From NCBI RefSeq assembly GCF_009914755.1, contig NC_060933.1: DNA of 64,000 nt. One strand, 5' to 3'. Both the position numbers and the translations under genes were made by a program. The notes beneath the pieces were generated by a model. The model did not search any database. It was not told where the DNA came from and worked only from the letters and a program-made list of their open reading frames with translations. This DNA is from the human T2T-CHM13v2.0 reference genome, Homo sapiens. Positions 24,891-40,500 of this stretch are shown in pieces (positions within the stretch are counted from its first letter, which is position 1; every line of letters begins with the position of its first letter).

Positions 24891-27800
24891 ATGGAATGGA
24901 ATGGAGTGGAATGGAATGGAAAGGACTGGAATGGAATGGAATGGAATGGAATGGAATGGAATGGAATCAACTCGATTGTAATGGAATGGAATGGAATGGA
25001 ATGGAATGGAATGGAATGGAATTAACCTGAATACAATGGAATGGAATAGAATGGAACGGAATGGAGTGGAATGGAATGGAATCAACCCGAGTGCAGGGGA
25101 ATGGAATGGAATGGAATACAATGGAATGGAATCATCCGGAATGGAATGGAATGGAATGGAATGCAAAGAAATGGAATCAACTCGATTGCAATGGAATGGA
25201 ATGGAATGGAAAGGAATAGAATGGAATCAAACCGAGTGTAATGGAATGGAAAGGACTGGAATGGAGTGGAATGGAATGGAATGGAATGGAATGGAATGGA
25301 ATTAACCCGAATAGAATGGAATGGAATGGAATGGAACGGAATGGAATGGAACGGAATGGAAGGGAATGGAATCAACCCGACTGCAGGGAATGGAAGGGAA
25401 TGGAATGGAATGGAATCATCCGGAACGGAATGGAATGGAATGGAATGGAATGGAATGGAATCAACTCGATTGCAATGGAATGGAATGGAATGGAATGGAA
25501 TCGAATGGAATAGAATGGAATTAACCGGAATAGAATGGAATGGAATGGAATGGAAGGGAATGGAATGGAATGGAATGGAATGGAATGGAATGGAATGGAA
25601 TGGAATGGAATGGAATGGAATCAACCCGAGTGCAGGGGAATGGAATGGAATGGAATGCAATGGAATGGAATCATCCGGAATGGAATGGAATGGAATGGAA
25701 TGCAATCAACCTGATGCAATGGAATGGAGTGGAATGGAATGGAATGGAATGGAAACATCCCGAATGGAATGGAATGTAATGGAGTGTAAGGGAATTGAAT
25801 AGAATCAATCCGAATGTAATGGATTGAAATGGAATGAAATGGAATGGAATGGAATGGAATGGAATCAACCCGAGTGCAATGGAATGGATTCGAATGGAAT
25901 GGAATGGAATGGAATGGATTCAACAAGAATGGAATGGAAAGGACTGGAATCAACCCGAGTGTAATGGCATGGAATGGAACGGAATGGAATGGGATGGAAT
26001 GGAATGGTACGGAATAGAATGGAATGGAATGGAATGGAATGGAATGGAATGGAATGGAATGGAATGAACCCGTGTGCAATGGAATGGAATGGAATGGAAT
26101 GGAATGGAATGGAATGGAATGGATCCACCTCGAATGGAATCAACTCGATTGCAAAGGAATGGAATGGAATTGAAAGGAATAGAATGGAATCAACCCGAGT
26201 GGAATGGAATGGAAAGGACTGGAATGGAGTGGAATGGAATGGAATGGAATTAACCGGAATAGAATGAAATGGAACGGAATGGAATGGAATGGAATGGAAT
26301 GGAATCAACTCGATTTCAATGGAATGGAATGGAATAGAATGGAATGGAATTAACACGAAAGAATGGAATGGAATGGAATGGAATGTAAAAGAAAGGAATG
26401 GAATGGAATGGAATGGAATCAACCCAAGTGCAGGGGAATGGAATGGAATGGAATTCAATGGAATGGAATCATCCGGAATGGAATGGAATGGAATGGAATG
26501 GAATGGAATGGAATGGAATGGAATCAACCCGAGTGCAATGGAATGGAGAGGAATGGAATGGAATGGAATGGAAACTACCCGAATGGAATGGAATGTAATG
26601 GAGTGTAAGGGAATTCAATAGAATCAACCCGAATGTAATGTAATGGAATGGAACGGAATGGAATGGAATGGAATGGAATGCAATGGAATGGAATCAACCC
26701 GAGTGCAATCGAATGGAATCGAATTGAATGGAATGCAATGGAATGGATTCAACTTGAATGGAATGGAAAGAATGGAATCAACACGAGTGGAAGGGCATGC
26801 ATTGCAATGCAATGGAATGGAATCAACCCGAGTACAGGGGAATGGAATGGAATGGAATGCAATGGAATGGAATCCTCCGTAATGGAATGGAAAGGAATGG
26901 AACGGAATGGAATGGAATAGAATGGAATGGAATGGAATGGAATCAACAGGATTGCAATCGAAAGGAATGGAATGGAATTAACCCGAATAGAATGGAATGG
27001 AATGGAATGGAGCGGAACGGAATGGAATGGAATGGAATGGAATGGAACGGAAGAAAATGGAATGGAATGGAATGGAATGGAATGGAATGGAATGGAATCA
27101 ACGCGAGTGCAGGGGAATGGAATGGAATGGAATGGAATAGAATGGAATGGAATGGAATGGAATGGAATCAACCCGAGTACAGGGGAATGGAATGGAATGT
27201 AATGCAATGGAATGGAATCATCCGTAATGGAATGGAAAGGAATGGAATGGAATGGAATGGAATGGAATGGAATGGAATCAACTCGATTGCAATCGAATGG
27301 AATGGAATGGAATTAACCCGAATAGAATGGAATGGAATGGAACGGAACGGAACGGAACGGAATGGAATGGAATGGAACGGAACGGAACGGAATGGAATGG
27401 AATGGAATGGAATGGAATGGAATCAACGCGAGTGCAGGGGAATGGAATGGAATGGAATGCAATGGAATGGAATCTTCCGGAATGGAATGGAATGGAATGC
27501 AATGGATTCAACTCGATTGCAATGGAATGGAATAGAATGGAATGGAATGGAATGGAATGGAATTAACCCGAATAAAATGGAATGGAATGGAATGGAACGG
27601 AACGGAACGGAACGGAACGGAACGGAATGGAATGGAATGGAATGGAATGGAATGGAATGGTATGGAATGGAATGGAATGGTACGGAATAGAATGGAATTG
27701 AAAGAATTGGAATGGAATGGAATCGAATGGAATGGAATGGAATGGAATGGAATGGAATCAACCCGAGTGCAGGGGAATGTAATGGAACGGAATGTAATGG

Positions 27801-30800
27801 AATGGAATCATCCGGAATGGAATGGAATGGAATGGAATGGAATGGAATGGAATGGAACCAACTCGATTGTGATGGAATGGAATGGAATGGAATGGAATGG
27901 AATGGAATGGAATGGAATGGAATGGAATTAACCCGAATACAATGGAATGGAATGGAATGGAACGGAATGGAGTGGAATGGAATGGAATCAACCCGAGTGC
28001 AGTGGAATGGAATGGAATGGAATGCAATGGAATGGAATCATTCGGAATGGAATGGAATGGAATGGAATGCAAAGCAATGGAATCAACTCGATTGCAATGG
28101 AATGGAATGGAATGGAAAGGAATACATTGGAATCAACCCTATTGGAATGGAATGGAAAGGACTGGAATGGAGTGGAATGGAATGGAATGGAATGGAATAG
28201 AATCAACTTGATTGGAATGGAATGGAATGGAATGGAATGGAATGGAATTAACCCGAATAGAATGGAATGGAATGGAATGGAATGGAACGGAACGGAACGG
28301 AACGGAATGGAATGGAATGGAATGGAATGGAACGGAACGGAATGGAATGGAATGGAATGGAATGGAATGGAATGGAATCAACGCGAGTGCAGGGGAATTT
28401 AATGTAATGGAATGCAATGGAATGAAATCTTCCGGAATGGAATGGAATGGAATGGAATGGAATAAACCCGAGTGCAATGGAATGGAGTGGAATGGAATGG
28501 AATGGAATGGAACAACCCGAATGGAATGGAATGGAATGGAGAGTAAGGGAGTTGAATAGAATCAATCCGAATGTAATGGAATGGAATGCAACGGAATGGA
28601 ATGGAATGGAATGGAATGGAATGCAATGGAATGGAATCAACTCGAGTACAATGGAATGGAATGGAATGGAATTGAATGCAATGGAATGAAATGGGGTCAA
28701 CTCGAATAGAATGGAAAGCAATGGAATCAACCCAAGTGGAATGGCATGGAACGGAATGAAATGGAATGGAATGGAATGGAATGGAATGGAATGGAAAGGA
28801 ATGGAATGGAATGGAATCAACCCGAGTGCAATGGAATGGAATCGAATGGAATGGAATGGATTCAACCCGAATGGAATGGAAAGGAATGGAATAAACCCGA
28901 CTGAAATTGCATGGAAGGGAATGGAATGAAATGGAATGGTACGGAATAGAATGGAATGGAAAGAAATGGAATGGAATGGAATGGAATGGAATGGAATGGA
29001 ATGGAATAGAATGGAATGAACCCGTGTGCAATGGAATGGAATGCAATGGAATGGAATGGAATGGGTTCAACTCGAATAGAATGGAAAGGAATGGAATGAA
29101 CCCGAATGGAATGGCATGGAACGGAATGAAATGCAATGGAATGGAATGAAATGGAATGGAATGGAATGGAATGGAATGGAATGAAATGGAATGGAATGGA
29201 ATGGAATGGAATGGAATGGAATGGAATCAACCCGAGTGCAATGTAATGGAATTGAATGGAATTCAATGGAATGGAATGGAATGGAATGGAATGGAATGGA
29301 ATGGATTCAACCCGAATGGAATGGAAAGGAATGGAATAAACCCGAGTGGAATGGCATGGAATGGAGTGGAATGGAATGGAATGGAATGGTGCGGAAGAGA
29401 ATGGAATGGAACGAAATGGAATGGAATGGAATGGAATGGAATGGAATCAACCTGAGTGCAATGGAATGGAGTGGAATGGAATGTAATGGAATGGAAACAA
29501 CCCGAATGGAATAGAACGTAATGGAGTGTAAGGGAATTGAGTGCAATCTATCCGAATGTAATGGAATGGAATGCAACGGAATGGAATGGAATGGAATGGA
29601 ATGGAATGCAGTGGAATGGAATCATACCTAGTGCAATGGAATGGAATGGAATGGAATGGAATGGAATGAAATGGATTGGATTCAACCCAACTGGAATAGA
29701 AAGCAATGGAATCAACCCGAGTGGAATGGCATGGAATGGAATGGAATGAAATGGAATGGAATGGAATGGTACGGAATAGAATGGAATGGAACGAAATGGA
29801 ATGGAATGGAATGGAATGGAACGGAATGGAATGGAATCAACTCGATTGCAATGTAATGTAATGTAATGTAATGGAATGGAATTAACGCGAATAGAATGGA
29901 ACAGAATGGAATGGAATGGAATGGAATGGAATCAATCTGAGTGCAGGGGAATGGAATGGAACGGAATGCAATGGAATGGAATGGAATGGAATGCAATGGA
30001 ATGGAATGGAATGCAATGGAATGGAATCAACTCGATTGCAATGGGATGGAATGGAATGGAATGGAATGGAATTAACCTGAACAGAATGGAATGGAATGGA
30101 ATGGAACGGAACGTAATGGAATGGAATGGAATGGAATGGAATGGAATGGAATGGAATGCAATGCAATGGAATGGGATCAACCCGAGTGCAGGGGAATGGA
30201 ATGGAATGGAATGCAATGGAATGGAGTCATCCGGAATGGAATGGAATGGAATGGAATGCAATGGAAAGGAATCAATCAATCCGAGTGCAATAGAATGCAG
30301 TGGAAAGGAATGGAATGGAATGGAAAGTACCCGAATGGAATGGAATGAAATGGAGTGTAAGGGAATTAAAAAGAATCAATCCGAATGTAATCGAATGGAA
30401 TGGAACGGAATGGAATGGAATCGAATGGATTGGAATGGAATGGAATGGAATGAAATGGAATGGCATGGAATGGAATGGAATCAACCCGAGTGCAATGGAA
30501 TGGAATCGAATGGAATGGAATGGAATGGAATGGATTCAACCCGAATGGAATGGAAACGAATGGATTAAACCCGAGTGAAATGGCATGGAAGGGAATGGAA
30601 TGGAATGGAATGGTACGGAATAGAATGGAATGGAATGGAATGGAATGGAATGGAATGGAATGGAATGGAATGGAATGGAAGGGAATGGAATGGAATGGAA
30701 TGGAATGGAATGGAAGGGAATGGAATGGAATGGAATGGAATGGAATTAACCCGAATAGAATGGAATGGAATGGAATGGAATGGAATGGAATGGAATGGAA

Positions 30801-33800
30801 TGGAATCAACTCGATTTCAATGGAATGGAATGGAAAGGAATGGAATGGAATGAAAGGGAATGGAATGGAATGGAAAGAAATTAACCCTAATAGAATGGAA
30901 TGGAATGGAAAGTAATGGAATGGTATGGAATGGAATAGAATGGAATCCACCCGAGTGCAGGGGAATGGAATGGAATGGAATGCAATGGAATGGAATCATA
31001 CGGAAGGGAATGGAATGGAATGGAATGGATTCAACCCGAATGGAATGGAACGGAATGGAATCAACCCGACTGGAATGGCATGGAATGGAGTGGAATGGAA
31101 TGGAATGGAATGGTTCGGAATAGAATGGAATGGAACGAAATGGAATGGAATGGAATGGAATGGAATGGAATCAACCTGAGTGCAATGGAATGGAGTGGAA
31201 TGGAATGTAATGGAATGGAAACAACTGGAATGGAATAGAATGTAATGGAGTATAAGGGAATTGAGTACAATCAATCCGAATGTAATGGAATGGAAAGGAA
31301 CGGAATGGAATGGAATGGAATGGAATTGAATGCAGTGGAATGGAATCATACATAGTGCAATGGAATGGAATGGAATGGAATGGAATGGAATGGAATGGAA
31401 TGGAATGGAATGGATTGGATTCAACCCAAATGGAATGGAAAGCAATGGAATCAACCCGAGTGGAATGGCATGGAATGAAATGGAATGAAATGGAATGGAA
31501 TGGAATGGTACGGAATAGAATAGAATGGAACGAAATGGAATGGAATGGAACGGAATGGAACGGAATGGAATGGAATCAACTCGATTGCAATGTAATGTAA
31601 TGGAATGGAATGGAATGGAATTAACGCGAATAGAATGGAACGGAATGGAATGGAATGGAATCAATCTGAGTGCAGGGGAATGGAATGGAATGGAATGCAA
31701 TGGAATGGAATGGAATGGAATGGAATGGAATCAACTCGATTGCAATGGGATGGAATGGAATGGAATGGAATGGAATTAAACTGAACAGAATGGAATGGAA
31801 TGGAATGGAACGGAACGGAATGGAATGGAATGGAATGGAATGGAATGGAATGGAATGGAATGGAATGCAATGCAATGGAATGGGATCAACCCGAGTGCAG
31901 GGGAATGGAATGGAATGGAATGCAATGGAATGGAGTCATCCGGAATGGAATGGAATGGAATGGAATGCAATGGAATGGAATCAATCAACCCGAGTGCAAT
32001 AGAATGCAGTGGAAAGGAATGGAATGGAATGGAAAGTACCCGAATGGAATGGAATGAAATGGAGTGTAAGGGAATTAAAAAGAATCAATCCGAATGTAAT
32101 GGAATGGAATGGAACGGAATGGAATGGAATGCAATGGATTGGAATGGAATGGAATGGAATGAAAAGGAATGGCATGGAATGGAATGGAATCAACCCGAGT
32201 GCAATGGAATGGAATCGAATGGAATGGAATGGAATGGAATGGAATGGATTCAACCCGAATGGAATGGAAATTAATGGAATAAACCCGAGTGAAATTGCAT
32301 GGAAGGGAATGGAATGGAATGGAATGGTACGGAATAGAATGGAATGGAACGAAATGGAATGGAATGGAATGGAATGGAATGGAATGGAATGGAATGGAAT
32401 AGAATGGAATGAACCCGTGTGCAATGGAATGGAATGGAATAGAATGGAATGGAATGGAATGGGTTCAACTCGAATAGAATGGAAAGGAATGGAATCAACC
32501 CGAGTGGAAAGGCATGGAACGGAATGAAATGGAATGGAATGGAATGGAATGGAATGAAATGGAATGGAATGGAATGGAATGGAATGGAATGAAATGGAAT
32601 GGAATGGAATGGAATGGAATGGAACGGAATGGAATGCAATGCAATGGAATGGGATCAACCCGAGTTCAGGGGAATGGAATGGAATGGAATGCAATGGAAT
32701 GGAGTCATCCGGAATGGAATGGAATGGAATGGAATGCAATGGAATGGAATCAATCAACCCGGGTGCAATAGAATGCAGTGGAAAGGAATGGAATGAAATG
32801 GAAAGTACCCGAATGGAATGGAATGAAATGGAGTGTAAGGGAATTAAAAAGAATCAATCCGAATGTAATGGAATGGAATGGAACGGAATGGAATGGAATG
32901 GAATGGATTGGAATGGAATGGAATGGAATGAAATGGAATGGCATGGAATGGAATGGAATCAACCCGAGTGCAATGGAATGGAATCGAATGGAATGGAATG
33001 GAATGGAATGGAATGGAATGGAATGAAATGGAATGGAATGGAATGGAATGAAATGGAATGGAATGGAATGGAATGGAATAGAGTGGAATCAACCCGAGTG
33101 CAATGTAATGGAATTGAATGGAATGGAATGGAATGGAATGGAATGGAAAGGAATGGATTCAACCCGAATGGAATGGAAAGGAATGGAATAAACCCGAGTG
33201 GAATGGCATGGAATGGAGTGGAATGGAATGGAATGGAATGGAATGGTGCGGAAGAGAATGGAATGGAACGAAATGGAATAGAATGGAATTGAATGGAATG
33301 GAATGGAATGAACCCGTGTGCAATGGAATGGAATGGAATGGAATGGTATGGAATGGAATGGATTCAATGTGAATGGAATGGGATGGAATGGAATCAACCC
33401 GAGTGGAATGGCATGGAATGGAGTGGAATGGAATGGAATGGAATGGAATGGAATGGTACGGAATAGAATGGAATGGAACGAAAAGGAATGGAATGGAATG
33501 GAATGGAATGGAATTGAATCAACCTGAGTGCAATGGAATGGAGTGGAATGGAATGTAATGGAATGGAAACAACCCGAATGGAATAGAACGTAATGGAGTG
33601 TAAGGGAATTGAGTACAATCAATCCGAATGTAATGGAATGGAATGGAATGGAATGGAATGGAATGGAATGGATTGGAATGGAATGCAGTGGAATGGAATC
33701 ATACCTAGTGCAATGGAATGGAATGGAATGGAATGGAATGGAATGAAATGGATTGGATTCAACCCAAATGGAATGGAAAGCAATGGAATCAACCCGAGTG

Positions 33801-34519
33801 GAATGGCATGGAATGGAATGGAATGAAATGGAATGGAATGGAATGGTACGGAATAGAATGGAATGGAACGAAATGGAATGGAATGGAATGGAATGGAACG
33901 GAATGGAATGGAATCAACTCGATTGCAATGTAATGTAATGTAATGGAATGCAATGGAATTAACGCGAATAGAATGGAACAGAATGGAATGGAATGGAATG
34001 GAATGGAATCAATCTGAGTGCAGGGGAATGGAATGGAATGGAATGCAATGGAATGGAATGGAATGGAATGCAATGGAATCAACTCGATTGCAATGGGATG
34101 GAATGGAATGGAAAGGAATGGAATTAACCTGAACAGAATGGAATGGAATGGAATGGAACGGAACGTAATGGAATGGAATGGAATGGAATGGAATGGAATG
34201 GAATGGAATGGAATGGAATGGAATGGAATGCAATGGAATGGGATCAACACGAGTGCAGGGGAATGGAATGGAATGGAATGCAATGGAATGGAGTCATCCG
34301 GAATGGAATGGAATGGAATGGAATGCAATGGAAAGGAATCAATCAACCCGAGTGCAATAGAATGCAGTGGAAAGGAATGGAATGGAATGGAAAGTACCCG
34401 ACTGGAATGGAATGAAATGGAGTGTAAGGGAATTAAAAAGAATCAATCCGAATGTAATGGAATGGAATGGAACGGAATGGAATGGAATGGAATGGATTGG
34501 AATGGAATGGAATGGAATG

Positions 34520-37500
34520 AAATGGAATGGCATGGAATGGAATGGAATCAACCCGAGTACAATGGAATGGAATCGAATGGAATGGAATGGAATGGAATGG
34601 ATTCAACCCGAATGGAATGGAAAGGAATGGAATAAACCCGAGTGAAATGGCATGGAAGGGAATGGAATGGAATGGAATGGAATGGAATGGAATGAACCCG
34701 TGTGAAATGGAATGGAATGGAATGGAATGGAATGGGTTCAACTCGAATAGAATGGAAAGGAATGGAATCAACCCGAGTGGAATGGCATGGAACGGAATGA
34801 AATGGAATGGAATGGAATGGAATGGAATGAAATGGAATGGAATGGAATGGAATGGAATGGAATGGAAGGGAATGGAATGGAATGGAATGGAATGGAATTA
34901 ACCCGAATAGTATGGAATGGAATGTAATGGAATGGAATGGAATGGAATCAACTCGATTTCAATGGAATGGAATGGAAAGGAATGGAATGGAATGAAAGGG
35001 AATGGAATGGAATGGAATGAAATTAACCCTAATAGAATGGAATGGAATGGAATGGAATGGATTGGAATGGAATGGAATAGAATGGAATCCACCCGAGTGC
35101 AGGGGAATGGAATGGAATGGAATGCAATGGAATGGAATCATACGGAATGGAATGGAATGGAATGGAATGGATTCAACCCGAATGGAATGGAACGGAATGG
35201 AATCAACCCGACTGGAATGGCATGGAATGGAGTGGAATGGAACGGAATGGAATGGTTCAGAATAGAATGGAATGGAACGAAATGGAATAGAATGGAATGG
35301 AATGGAATGGAATCAACCTGAGTGCAATGGAATGGAGTGGAATGGAATGTAATGGAATGGAAACAACTCGAAAGGAATAGAATGTAATGGAGTGTAAGGG
35401 AATAGAGTACAATCAATCCGAATGTAATGGAATGGAATGGAACGGAATGGAATGGAATGGAATGAAATGGAATGGAATGGAATGGAATGGAATGGAATGG
35501 AATCAACCCGAGTGCAATGTAATGGAATTGAATGGAATGGAATGGAATGGAATGGAATGGAATGGAATGGAATGGATTCAACCCGAATGGAATGGAAAGG
35601 AATGGAATAAACCCGAGTGGAATGGCATGGAATGGAGTGGAATGGAATGGAAAGGAATGGTGCGGAAGAGAATGGAATGGAACGAAATGTAATGGAATGG
35701 AATTGAACGTAATGGAATGGAATGGTATGGAATGGAATGAACCCGTGTGCAATGGAATGGAATGGAATGGAATGGAATGGAATGGAATGGAATGGATTCA
35801 ACTCGAATGGAATGGAAGGGAATGGAATCAACCCCAGTGGAATGGCATGGAATGGAATGGAATGGAATGGAATGGAATGGAATGGTATGGAATAGAATGG
35901 AATGGAATGAAATGGAATGGAATGGAATGGAATGGAATGGAATGGAATGGAAAGGATTGGATTCAACCCAAATGGAATGGAAAGCAATGGAATCAACCCG
36001 AATGGAATGGCATGGAATGGAATGGAATGAAAAGGAACGGAATGGAATGGTACGGAATAGAATGGAATGGAACCAAATGGAATGGAATGGAATGGAATGG
36101 AACGGAATGGAATGGAATCAACTAGATTGCAATGTAATGTAATGGAATGGAATGGAATGGAATTAACGCGAATAGAATGGAACGGAATGGAATGGAATGG
36201 AATGGAATGGAATCAACTCGATTGAAATGGAATGGAATGGAATGGAATGGAATGGAATGGAATTAACCCTAATAAAATGGAATGGAATGGAATGGAATGG
36301 AATGGAATGGAATGGAATGGAAGGGAATGGAATGGAATCAACTCGATTTCAATGGAATGGAATGGAAAGGAATGGAATGGAATGAAAGGGAATGGAATGG
36401 AATGGAATGAAATTAAACCGAATAGAATGGAATGGAATGGAATGGAATGGAATGGAATGGAATGGAATAGAATGGAATCCACCCGAGTGCAGGGGAATGG
36501 AATGGAATGGAATGGAATGGAATGGAATGCAATGGAATGGAATCATACGGAATGGAATGGAATGGAATGGAATGGATACAACCCGAATGGAATGGAAAGG
36601 AATGGAATCAACCCGAGTGGAATGGCATGGAATGGAGTGGAATGGAATGGATTGGAATGGTACGGAATAGAATGGAAAGGAACGAAAAGGAATGGAATGG
36701 AATGGAATGGAATGGAGTGGAATGCAATCAACCTGAGTGCAATGGAATGGAGTGGAATGGAATGTAATGGAATGGAAACAACCCGAATGGAATAGAATGT
36801 AATGGAGTGTAAGGGAATTGAGTACAATCAATCCGAATGTAATGGAATGGAATGGAACGGAATGGAATGGAGTGGAATGGAATTCAATGCAGTGGAATCG
36901 AATCATACCTAGTGGAATGGAATGGAATGGAATGGAATGGAATGGAATGGAATGGAATGGATTGGATTCAACCCAAATGGAATGGAAAGCAATGGAATCA
37001 ACCCGAGTGGAATGGCATGGAATGGAATGGAATGAAATGGAATGGAATGGAATGGTACGGAATAGAATGGAATGGAACGAAATTTAATGGAATGGAATGG
37101 AATGGAACTGAATGGAATGGAATCAACTCGATTGCAATGTTATGTAATGGAATGGAATGGAATGGAATGGAATTAACGCGAATGGAATGGAATGCAATGG
37201 AATGGAATGGAATGGAATGCAATGGAATCAATCTGAGTGCAATGGGATGGAATGGAATGGAATGGAATGGAATTAACCTGAACAGAATGGAATGGAATGG
37301 AATGGAACGGAACGTAATGGAATGGAATGGAATGGAATGCAATGCAATGGAATGGGATCAACCGGAGTGCAGGGGAATGGAATGGAATGGAATGCAATGG
37401 AATGGAGTCATCCGGAATGGAATGGAATGGAATGGAATGCAACGGAATGGAAACAATCAACTCGAGTGCAATAGAATGCAGTGGAAAGGAATGGAATGGA

Positions 37501-40500
37501 AAGGAAAGTACCCGACTGGAATGGAATGAAATGGAGTGTAAGGGAATTAAAAAGAATCAATCCGAATGTAATGGAATGGAATGGAACGGAATGGAATGGA
37601 ATGGAATGGATTGGAATGGAATGGAATGGAATGAAATGGAATGGCATGGAATGGAATGGAATCAACCCGAGTGCAATGGAATGGAATCGAATGGAATGGA
37701 ATGGAATGGAATGGAATGAATTCAACCCGAATGGAATGGAAAGGAATGGAATAAACCCGAGTGAAATGGCATGAAAGGGAATGGAATGGAATGGAATGGT
37801 ACGGAATAGAATGGAATGGAACGAAATGGAATGGAATGGAATGGAATGGAATGGAATGGAATAGAATGGAATGAACCCGTGTGCAATGGAATGGAATGGA
37901 ATGGAATGGAATGGAATGGGTTAAACTCGAATAGAATGGAAAGGAATGGAATCAACCCGAGTGGAATGGCATGGAACGGAATGAAATGGAATGGAATGGA
38001 ATGGAACGGAACGAAATGGAATGGAATGGAGTGGAACGGAATGAAATGGAATGGAATGGAATGGAATGGAATGAAATGGAATGGAATGGAATGGAATGAA
38101 ATGGAATGGAATGGAATGGAATGGAATCAACCCGAGTGCAATGTAATGGAATGGAATGGAATTGAATGGAATGGAATGGAATGGAATGGAATGGATTCAA
38201 CGCGAATGGAATGGAAAGGAATGGAATAAACCCGAGTGGAATGGCATGGAATGGAGGGGAATGGAATGGAATGGAATGGAATGTTGTGGAAGAGATTGGA
38301 ATGGAACGAAATGGAATGGAATGGAATTGAATGGAATGGAATGGAATGGAATACAATGAACCCGTGTGCAATGGAATGGAATGGAATGGAATGGAATGGA
38401 ATGGAATGGAATGGATTCAACTCGAATGGAATGGAAAGGAATGGAATCATCCCCAGTGGAATGGCATGGAATGGAATGGAATGGAATGGAATCAACCCGA
38501 GTGCAGGGGAATGGAATGGAATGGAAGGCAATGGAATGGAATCATCCGGAATTGAATGGAATGGAATGGAATGGAATGGAATGGAATGGAATGGAATGGA
38601 ATCAACTCGACTGAAATGGAATGGAATGGAATGGAATGGAATGGCATGGAATGGAATTAACCCTAATAGAATGGAATGGAATGAAATGGAATGGCATGGA
38701 ATGGAATGGAATCAACCCGAGTGCAATGGAATGGAATGGAATGGAATGGAATGGAATGGAATGGATTCAACCCGAATGGAATGGAAAGGAATGGAATAAA
38801 CCCGAGTGAAATGGCATGGAAGGGAATGGAATGGAATGGAATGGTACGGAATAGAATGGAATGGAACGAAATGGAATGGAATGGAATGGAATGGAATGGA
38901 ATGGAATGGAATAGAATGGAATGAACCCGTGTGAAATGGAATGGAATGGAATGGAATGGAATGGGTTCAAATCGAATAGAATGGAAAGGAATGGAATCAA
39001 CCCGAGTGGAATGGCATGGAACGGAATGAAATGGAATGGAATGGAATGGAATGGAATGAAATGGAATGGAATGGAATGGAATGGAATGGAATGGAAGGGA
39101 ATGAAATGGAATGGAATGGAATGGAATGGAATTAACCCGAATAGAATGGAATGGAATGTAATGGAATGGAATGGAATGGAATCAACTCGATTTCAATGGA
39201 ATGGAATGGAAAGGAATGGAATGGAATGAAAGGGAATGGAATGGAATGGAATGAAATTAACCCTAATAGAATGGAATGGAATGGAATGGAATGGATTGGA
39301 ATGGAATGGAATAGAATGGAATCCACCCGAGTGCAGGGGAATGGAATGGAATGGAATGCAATGGAATGGAATCATACGGAATGGAATGGAATGGAATGGA
39401 ATGGATTCAACCCGAATGGAATGGAACGGAATGGAATCAACCCGACTGGAATGGCATGGAATGGAGTGGAATGGAATGGAATGGAATGGTTCAGAATAGA
39501 ATGGAATGGAACGAAATGGAATAGAATGGAATGGAATGGAATGGAATCAACCTGAGTGCAATGGAATGGAGTGGAATGGAATGTAATGGAATGGAAACAA
39601 CTCGAAAGGAATAGAATGTAATGGAGTGTAAGGGAATAGAGTACAATCAATCCGAATGTAATGGAATGGAATGGAACGGAATGGAATGGAATGGAATGAA
39701 ATGGAATGGAATGGAATGGAATGGAATGGAATGGAATCAACCCGAGTGCAATGTAATGGAATTGAATGGAATGGAATGGAATGGAATGGAATGGAATGGA
39801 ATGGAATGGAATGGATTCAACCCGAATGGAATGGAAAGGAATGGAATAAACCCGAGTGGAATGGCATGGAATGGAGTGGAATGGAATGGAATGGAATGGT
39901 GCGGAAGAGAATGGAATGGAACGAAATGGAATGGAATGGAATTGAACGGAATGGAATGGAATGGTATGGAATGGAATGAACCCGTGTGCAATGGAATGGA
40001 ATGGTATGGAATGGAATGGAATGGAATGGAATGGAATGGATTCAACTCGAATGGAATGGAAGGGAATGGAATCAACCCCAGTGGAATGGCATGGAATGGA
40101 ATGGAATGGAATGGAATGGAATGGAATGGAATGGTATGGAATAGAATGGAATGGAATGGAATGGAATGGAATGGAATGGAATGGAATGGAATGGAATGGA
40201 ATGGGATGGAATGGATTGGATTCAACCCAAATGGAATGGAAAGCAATGGAATCAACCCGAATGGAATGGCATGGAATGGAATGGAATGAAAAGGAACGGA
40301 ATGGAATGGTACGGAATAGAATGGAATGGAACCAAATGGAATGGAATGGAATGGAATGGAACGGAATGGAATGGAATCAACTAGATTGCAATGTAATGTA
40401 ATGGAATGGAATGGAATGGAATTAACGCGAATAGAATGGAACGGAATGGAATGGAATGGAATGGAATGGAATCAACTCGATTGAAATGGAATGGAATGGA

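Larger units (their letters stand above)
2018..27483. promoter_or_regulatory. Dispersed perfect heat shock element motifs nGAAnnTTCnnGAAn (14 copies in this span)
   Basis: GGAAT-CTTCC-GGAAT at 2018, 10082, 11146, 11994, 14115, 14963, 17179, 18027, 19336, 20166, 21527, 24398, 27469, and GGAAT-CTTCT-GGAAT at 7967. The motif match is exact; function is inferred. Confidence 0.5.
7600..28620 (+). repeat. HSat3 dialect A block 2 (cryptic ~0.85-kb unit; HSE- and palindrome-bearing)
   Basis: Recurrent CAACGCGAGTGCAGGGG...CTTCCGG, TCGATTGCAATCGA, CATCCGTAAT, GGAACAACCCG and pHuR98-like modules. A short B-like patch lies near 25850-26130. Confidence 0.7.

Noticed and set aside
28424-28438. Additional HSE candidates at 28424 (GAAAT-CTTCC-GGAAT) and 63870 (GGAAT-CTACC-GGAAT)
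   Set aside because: Each has a substitution in a core GAA/TTC, so they were excluded from the perfect-HSE count; they are decayed homologues.
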